A stretch of DNA of 64,000 bases from an uncultured delta proteobacterium (lineage in GTDB: Bacteria > Myxococcota_A > Polyangia > Polyangiales > Polyangiaceae), in the NCBI GenBank assembly GCA_963782055.1, contig CAWAIF010000003.1, positions 3,840,001-3,904,000 on the forward strand, given 5' to 3'. Position numbers and translations under genes: made by a program. Positions 58,805 through 64,000 of this stretch are shown here, piece by piece; within the stretch, counting starts at the first letter, position 1; every line of letters starts with the position of its first letter. A model generated the notes under the pieces. It made no database searches. It was given only the letters and a program-made list of their open reading frames with translations, and was not told the origin of the DNA.

Positions 58805-59916
58805 CAGCCGAGGGGGTCGTGCACGTCCGCCTCGCGGCGTCGCTGCCGGTCGCGCAGGCGGGCCTCCACGTGCAGCACGAGCTGGTCGACGTAGCTCTCG
58901 AAGGGCGGGCACGCGATGCCGGTGTCGGCGAGCAGCTCCGCGGCGTTGCGCGCGTCGTAGGTGACGGGCGTGGCCAGCGCCTCCAGGAAGGCGCGCGGGC
59001 TCTTGGCGATGCGCTCCAGGCCGGGCGCGCGCAGCAGCGCCTTGGTCAGGTTGGCGGGGATGAAGCCCTTGGCGAGCCGTCGTCCTCCCGCGCGCGCCAC
59101 CAGCTCGAACACCCGCCGCGCCGACAGGGGCGCGGGGTCCACCAGGTGGAAGGTCCGCCCGACGGCGCGCGGGTCGCGCCCGATGGCGAGGGCCGCGCGC
59201 GTGACGTAGTCGATGGGCACCATGTTCAGCGGTACGTCCCCCTTGCCCGGCAACGGCAGGGCGAAGTCGGGCGGGGACGCGAGCATCAGCAGGATGAGCA
59301 GGTAGGGGCCGTCCAGCCGGTCCACCTCCCCGCTCTGCGAGTCCCCCACCACGATGCCCGGCCTCAGCACCGCGATGGGCAGCGTGGGCATGGCCTGGCG
59401 CATCATGCGCTCGGCCCGCGCGAGGGTCTCCTCCACGACGTTGCGGAAGCCCTGCCCGGCGTCCAGCTCCTGTTCGTGGACGATGCCGGTGCGGTCGCCG
59501 GAGACCGACGCGGAGGAGTGGACGACCAGGCAGCGCAGGTTGGGGCAGAGCTCGGCGACCTCCAGGACCTCGCGCGCGGCGCCGACGTTGACGTGCTCGG
59601 CCGTCTCGCGGTCGACGCCCAGGTAGTTGACCTGGACGCAGTGGTGGATGCGGTCCACCTGCGGGCCGAGGGCGCGGAGCTCGGCGCCGGACAGGCCCAT
59701 GTCCATCGCCGCGGCGTCCCCCTCGAGCAGCACCACGCGCCGGCGCTCGTCGAGCGTGAGGGCATCGAGCGCCGCGCGCGCGTCGTCGGCGAACTTGGGG
59801 TGGACCACCGCGTGGACGAGCGTGTTGTCCTTCACCAGCTCGGCACACATGCGCCGCGCGCGGAAGGACGGGAAGCCCGTCAGCAGCACGACCTCGTCGT
59901 AGCCCGCGCGCGGCAT
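58804..59916 (-). CDS. Extended SDR / NAD_binding_4 (male-sterility-like) oxidoreductase
   Basis: LLTGFPSFRAR, LEGD...MGLS, VNVG, HSSASVSGDRTG and RPGIVVGDSQSGE. Confidence 0.85.
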   Translation of the reverse strand: MPRAGYDEVVLLTGFPSFRARRMCAELVKDNTLVHAVVHPKFADDARAALDALTLDERRRVVLLEGDAAAMDMGLSGAELRALGPQVDRIHHCVQVNYLGVDRETAEHVNVGAAREVLEVAELCPNLRCLVVHSSASVSGDRTGIVHEQELDAGQGFRNVVEETLARAERMMRQAMPTLPIAVLRPGIVVGDSQSGEVDRLDGPYLLILLMLASPPDFALPLPGKGDVPLNMVPIDYVTRAALAIGRDPRAVGRTFHLVDPAPLSARRVFELVARAGGRRLAKGFIPANLTKALLRAPGLERIAKSPRAFLEALATPVTYDARNAAELLADTGIACPPFESYVDQLVLHVEARLRDRQRRREADVHDPLG

Positions 59917-60007
59917 GCCTCAGCCGGGCGTCCGCGTGGGTGAGGCCGGCGCGCGCCGCCCCGGCGACCTGCCCTGGGGGGGACGCGAAGGATTCATCTT
60001 CATCCTC

Positions 60008-61507
60008 TCAGTGACAGTAGTGCGCGCCGACGCCGGCGAGCCACGAACCGTAGTTGCCCTGGTACTGGAACGGGTTGCAGAAGCTCGCCTGGTTGACGAG
60101 CGGCTGCAGCACGCACTGCGTACCGGTGAAGTAGTTCTGGCACTGGCCATTGCCCTGCCGGACCTGCGTGCGGCACGTCTCGACCGAGTTGGCCGGGCAC
60201 GGGTTGCAGCTGGAGACCTCGCAGTCGACCGCGCAGCCGGTGGCGTGGTTGCAGTTGTTGGTGACGTAGGGGCTGACGCAGTTGTAGACGCCGGCGGCGT
60301 CCTGCAGGTTGTACTGGAAGGGCGCCAGGCACTTCGCGCACGTCGGGTTCGTCTGGGCGATCGTCTTGAAGTACTGCTGGCAGGAGAAGCTCTGGTAGCC
60401 GCCGGTGCAGCCGGACTTGGCGTCCTGCAGGTCGGCCACCGAGCACGAGTTGCTCTGGACCGTCAGCACGGGGGTGCTGACGTTCCCCCCGCAGCCGCCG
60501 TAGGCGGTGGGGCAGGAGTTCTGCGGGTTGCACTTGCGGGGGAGCTGCTGGGTGTTGCAGGTCGTCTGCGTCTGCGTGCAGTCGGCGCACGACGCGCCAC
60601 CGGAGCCGCACCGGTTGCTGGTGAAGCCGGCGTAGCAGACCTGGTTCTGGTCGCAGCAGCCGGCGCACGTCTGGGCGTTGCACTGCGGCGTGCAGACGCC
60701 GCCGGAGCAGACGTCGCTCTTCTGCGTGCAGTCCTGGCACTGCGCCCCCTTGACGCCGCACGCCGCGTCGACGTTGCCCGCCATGCACACGTCCCCGGCG
60801 CAGCAGCCGTTGCAGTTGGTGGAGTCGCACTTGGGCGGCTGGACCGTGCACTGGCCCGACTGCGCGTCGCAGCTCGCGTTCTGCGCAGCGCAGTCGGCGC
60901 ACGCGAGGCCGCCGGTTCCGCAGGCCTTCACGTCGGTGCCGGGGACGCAGGTGTCGCCCTCGCAGCAGCCCTTGCACGTGTTGGGTCCGCACGGCTGCTT
61001 CACGCAGGAGTGCGAGCCCCAGTCACACGTCTCGCCGCTGCCGGTGCAGTCCTGACACTTCTGCCCGCCGCTGCCGCAGGCGATCGACGAGGTGCCGGTG
61101 ACGCACACCTCCTGGTTCTGGAAGAGGAGGCAGCAGCCCGTCGGGCAGTTGACCGCGCTGCAGCTCGGCTGCTGCGTGGCGCACTGGTGGAGCGTGGGGT
61201 CGCAGTAGTCGAAGCCCTGCGAGGCGCAGTCGGAGCAGCTCTGCCCGCCGGTGCCGCACGTATCCAGCTTGTCGCCCGGCTGGCAGGTGCCGGTGGCGTC
61301 GCAGCAGCCATCGGGGCAGTTGCCCGCGTTGCAGTTGCCCGGCGGCGCATCGGGGTTGACGTCCATCTGCACGTCCGACTGCACATCCGGACCGCCGTCC
61401 GCGTAGTAGTAGCGGGCGTCGATGTCGGTGCGGCCGCAGCCGGCGAAGACGATGAGCGCCGCGGCGGCGGGCACGGCGAGGATGCGCAAGAAGAGTCGGG
61501 CGTCCAT
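60008..61507 (-). CDS. Cys-rich repeat lipoprotein
   Basis: Lipobox FAGC and about five units of C..GCC....C..G.....CG..G..C.DC. Confidence 0.85.
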   Translation of the reverse strand: MDARLFLRILAVPAAAALIVFAGCGRTDIDARYYYADGGPDVQSDVQMDVNPDAPPGNCNAGNCPDGCCDATGTCQPGDKLDTCGTGGQSCSDCASQGFDYCDPTLHQCATQQPSCSAVNCPTGCCLLFQNQEVCVTGTSSIACGSGGQKCQDCTGSGETCDWGSHSCVKQPCGPNTCKGCCEGDTCVPGTDVKACGTGGLACADCAAQNASCDAQSGQCTVQPPKCDSTNCNGCCAGDVCMAGNVDAACGVKGAQCQDCTQKSDVCSGGVCTPQCNAQTCAGCCDQNQVCYAGFTSNRCGSGGASCADCTQTQTTCNTQQLPRKCNPQNSCPTAYGGCGGNVSTPVLTVQSNSCSVADLQDAKSGCTGGYQSFSCQQYFKTIAQTNPTCAKCLAPFQYNLQDAAGVYNCVSPYVTNNCNHATGCAVDCEVSSCNPCPANSVETCRTQVRQGNGQCQNYFTGTQCVLQPLVNQASFCNPFQYQGNYGSWLAGVGAHYCH

Positions 61508-61569
61508 GAGTCCCCTTATGGAAGTACGTACCGAGTTGTACCCGACTTGCGGCCGTTCGGCCAAACGGG

Positions 61570-61930
61570 TCACCCGCGCAAGCGCCTGGCACCGAAGGCG
61601 GCGAGCAGCAGCATGGCGAGCGCCAAGACGATCGCGGCCCCCTCCGGCCAGTCGAGCGCGTGCCCGCCGACGAAGCCGAGGGCGACGCCCCCCACCCCGG
61701 CCGCGATCGCCCACCCCACCACGCCGCTCAGCGATCGCCCCACAAAGCGGCCGGTCGCCGCGGGAATCACGCACAAGGCGCTGACCAGCACCGCCCCGGC
61801 GAGCCGGATGGAGGCGACCACCACCGCGGCAAGAAGCGCCAGCAGGGCGCTCTGTAGACTCGGGATGGAAGGTGGACTGCGTGAGCAGGCCGCGCTGAAA
61901 GCCGGGGAGCGCGAGCTAGCGCAGGCTCAT
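61570..61930 (-). pseudogene. Decayed metal ABC transporter permease (ZnuB/MntB, ABC-3 family)
   Basis: ATG 61930 overlaps the upstream stop and reads MSLR*LALPGFQRGLL..STFHPE. A second frame reads ALLALLAAVVVASIRLAGAVLVSALCVIPAATG...DWPEGAAIVL, typical of the ZnuB C-terminus. Confidence 0.7.
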
Positions 61931-63630
61931 CAGAGCGCACCGTCGACGAGCTGGCGAAGCAGCACGCCGGCCACGTCCAGCCAGACGACCCCGTCGTCGC
62001 CGCGCTTGCCGAAGGCGAGGAGGCCGACGTCGCTGCGCGGCGAGAGGCTCGCCCGGAGCGGGCGCGCCACCACGGCGAAGCTCGCGTTCCCGCCGAGCCG
62101 CGCGAGCGCCGCCTTGGCCTTGGCGTCGTCCCCCAGCGCGTGGAGCGGCGCGGCGGCCGACGCGACGAGCGCGTTGGAGTCGTCCCCGGCCCCGACGAAG
62201 AGCTCGCCCGGCTTGCTCGCCCAGGTCACGTGACCCAGCGTCCCCTGGACGGGGGAGCCCGCGACAGCCGCGGTGACCACCCGCCACGTCTCGCCCTTGC
62301 CCGCGGCGCCGAAGTCGTGCGCCGCCGCCTCGATGCGCGTGACGTCCGCCGCACCGCGCAGCAGCTTGGCCGACGCCGGGCGGCGGGCGAAGGCCAGCAG
62401 GTCGCGCGGCCACCTCGCCGCGGCGGCGTCGTCGCTCGTCGCCGTGCGCAGCGCGACGCCGTGGCTGGCGCCCCACGACAGCGAGACGGCCGACCAGTCG
62501 CCACGCGCGTGGGCCTGCGCGGCGAAGAGCGCGCCGAGCGCCTCCCCGTCGGCCGCGGGCAGCCGCGCGCCGAGCGTGGCGCGGACGGCGCCGGCCAGCT
62601 CGCGCGCCGTCTCCTGGCGCTCCTTCGCGTCGGTGTGCCACGCCACGCAGGCGATCGCGTCCGCGGAGCACCCGGCGAGCGCCGCGGTGTCGCCCGTGTG
62701 CACGGAGGAGAGCAGCGCGCGGGCGGGGCCGTCGTGGCTGACGGTGAAGTCCACCTCCGCGCCGATACCGTCGGGCCGCACGTCCGCCGTGAGGTCGGCG
62801 GCGTCGGCGTCGCCGAGCGCGTCCACCCATCGCTTCGCCAGCCCGTCCAGCCCGGCGACCACCTGCTTCGGGTCGCCGAAGTCCGGCTCCCGCCCCTGGT
62901 GCGCGCGACGCGCGCGCTCGTCCTGCGCGAGCAGCGACGTGCGCTCGTCGTCCCACTCTCGCGCGAGCCACGCCCGGAGCGGACCGGAGAGCGCCGCGCG
63001 CGACGCGTGCCCGGCGACCGCGCTCTTCGGCAGCGGCAGGGTGGGGAGCGTCCGGTAGGCGTACGGCCCGAAGCGCCCGAGCTCCTCGCGCGAGCTCGCC
63101 ACGAGGACGAACCCGCCGCGCGCGAGGCCCACCACGCCGGCGCCCGGCTGGCCCTTCGCCTCCAGGACCTCGATGCCCTGCTCGCTCCCGCCCGCCGTCC
63201 GCGGCGCGTCCTCCCGCTCGAGGAGGGCGTCGCGCGCGCGCGCCGGATCGCGCAGGTGCATGGCGACGACGGCGTGGGGCGCACCACCGTCCACGCCGGA
63301 CGAGAGCACCACGTAGGCGGGCTGCCCGCCGTCCACCAGCTCGGCGAGGGCCGACTCGCCCAGCACCGAGCCCACCACCCCGCCGAACGTGGGAGAGAGC
63401 AGGGAGAGCGGCCCACCCACCGCCGCCTGAACCGCCTTCCACGTCGCGTCCGGCGCGGGCACCACCACCTCGCCCATCACCCCCGCGGGCTCCGGCACCG
63501 CCGGCTCCGCCGCCGTCAGCCCGGCGCCGCCGGAGGGCTCCTCGTCGCCGCACCCGCTGCATCCATCGCAGCCGGGGCCGAGGGCGAGCGCGCCGGCGAG
63601 TCCCAGGATGATGACAATCGAACGCCGCAA
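61930..63630 (-). CDS. Hypothetical lipoprotein
   Basis: TTG start with signal peptide RRSIVIILGLAGALALGPGC; long ORF with GC3 bias. Confidence 0.65.
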   Translation of the reverse strand: MRRSIVIILGLAGALALGPGCDGCSGCGDEEPSGGAGLTAAEPAVPEPAGVMGEVVVPAPDATWKAVQAAVGGPLSLLSPTFGGVVGSVLGESALAELVDGGQPAYVVLSSGVDGGAPHAVVAMHLRDPARARDALLEREDAPRTAGGSEQGIEVLEAKGQPGAGVVGLARGGFVLVASSREELGRFGPYAYRTLPTLPLPKSAVAGHASRAALSGPLRAWLAREWDDERTSLLAQDERARRAHQGREPDFGDPKQVVAGLDGLAKRWVDALGDADAADLTADVRPDGIGAEVDFTVSHDGPARALLSSVHTGDTAALAGCSADAIACVAWHTDAKERQETARELAGAVRATLGARLPAADGEALGALFAAQAHARGDWSAVSLSWGASHGVALRTATSDDAAAARWPRDLLAFARRPASAKLLRGAADVTRIEAAAHDFGAAGKGETWRVVTAAVAGSPVQGTLGHVTWASKPGELFVGAGDDSNALVASAAAPLHALGDDAKAKAALARLGGNASFAVVARPLRASLSPRSDVGLLAFGKRGDDGVVWLDVAGVLLRQLVDGAL

Positions 63631-63827
63631 CTCGCGCCCCTCCACCCCCGCATCCAGAAGCGCTTCGACTCCTATCAGGCCCGGCCCCGAGCCGCAGCCT
63701 GCTTTTCTCCCGAGCCCGGCTGTGAGCCCCCCCAAAACGCGCTTGTCGCCGCGCGTTTGGTGCTAAGGTGCCCCCTCGGTGCGCGGGCCACGCCACGCGC
63801 CCGGCTTGGCACTGGAGACCGCGGCTG

Positions 63828-64000
63828 ATGCTCGACGACGTCCACAAGGAGCTGCTGACCGCCATCGGCAAGGCGCAGGACGCGCTGAAGCGCGAGCTGG
63901 CCAAGCTGCGGGCGGGACGGGCCAGCGCCAGCCTCCTGGACGGCATCCGCGTCGACTACTACGGCACGGCCACGCCCCTGACCCAGATGGCCCACGTCAA
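63828..64000 (+). CDS. frr: Ribosome recycling factor (5' part; runs off the window)
   Basis: Translated by hand: [57 protein letters not shown]. Confidence 0.93.
   Translation, partial: MLDDVHKELLTAIGKAQDALKRELAKLRAGRASASLLDGIRVDYYGTATPLTQMAHV

Overview
A very GC-rich, densely coding chromosomal window. Gene content (Glt/Agm-like TPR and TonB-C genes, a TIGR02266-like PilZ gene, Cys-rich lipoproteins) points to a myxobacterium. The left part (about 1.8-15.7 kb, minus strand) holds a gliding-motility-paralogue-like envelope cluster: three TPR proteins, a possible degenerate TolQ/ExbB-like protein, and a GltG/AgmX-like gene split by a 1-nt frameshift. Directly downstream is a separately promoted unit encoding a secreted helical protein, an outer-membrane beta-barrel, a short OPX/Wza protein and an asparaginase. 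An ECF sigma / anti-sigma / degenerate STAS-like triad faces the cluster divergently. The middle is housekeeping: era, der, an ArsA-like ATPase, dnaB, rplI, rpsR, rpsF with an S6:S18-type leader, pth, rplY and prs. The right part has an RlmI-like methylase, a GH63 glucosidase, an atypical Ser/Thr kinase next to a double Tim44/zinc-ribbon/TerB-like protein, purA, hisZ, a second ECF sigma, a membrane sulfatase-like enzyme, xerC, pepP, an RlmD-RluA fusion, a decayed metal-ABC permease pseudogene and the start of frr. I found no rRNA, tRNA, CRISPR array or mobile element. All calls come from reading motifs by eye; no database searches were run.
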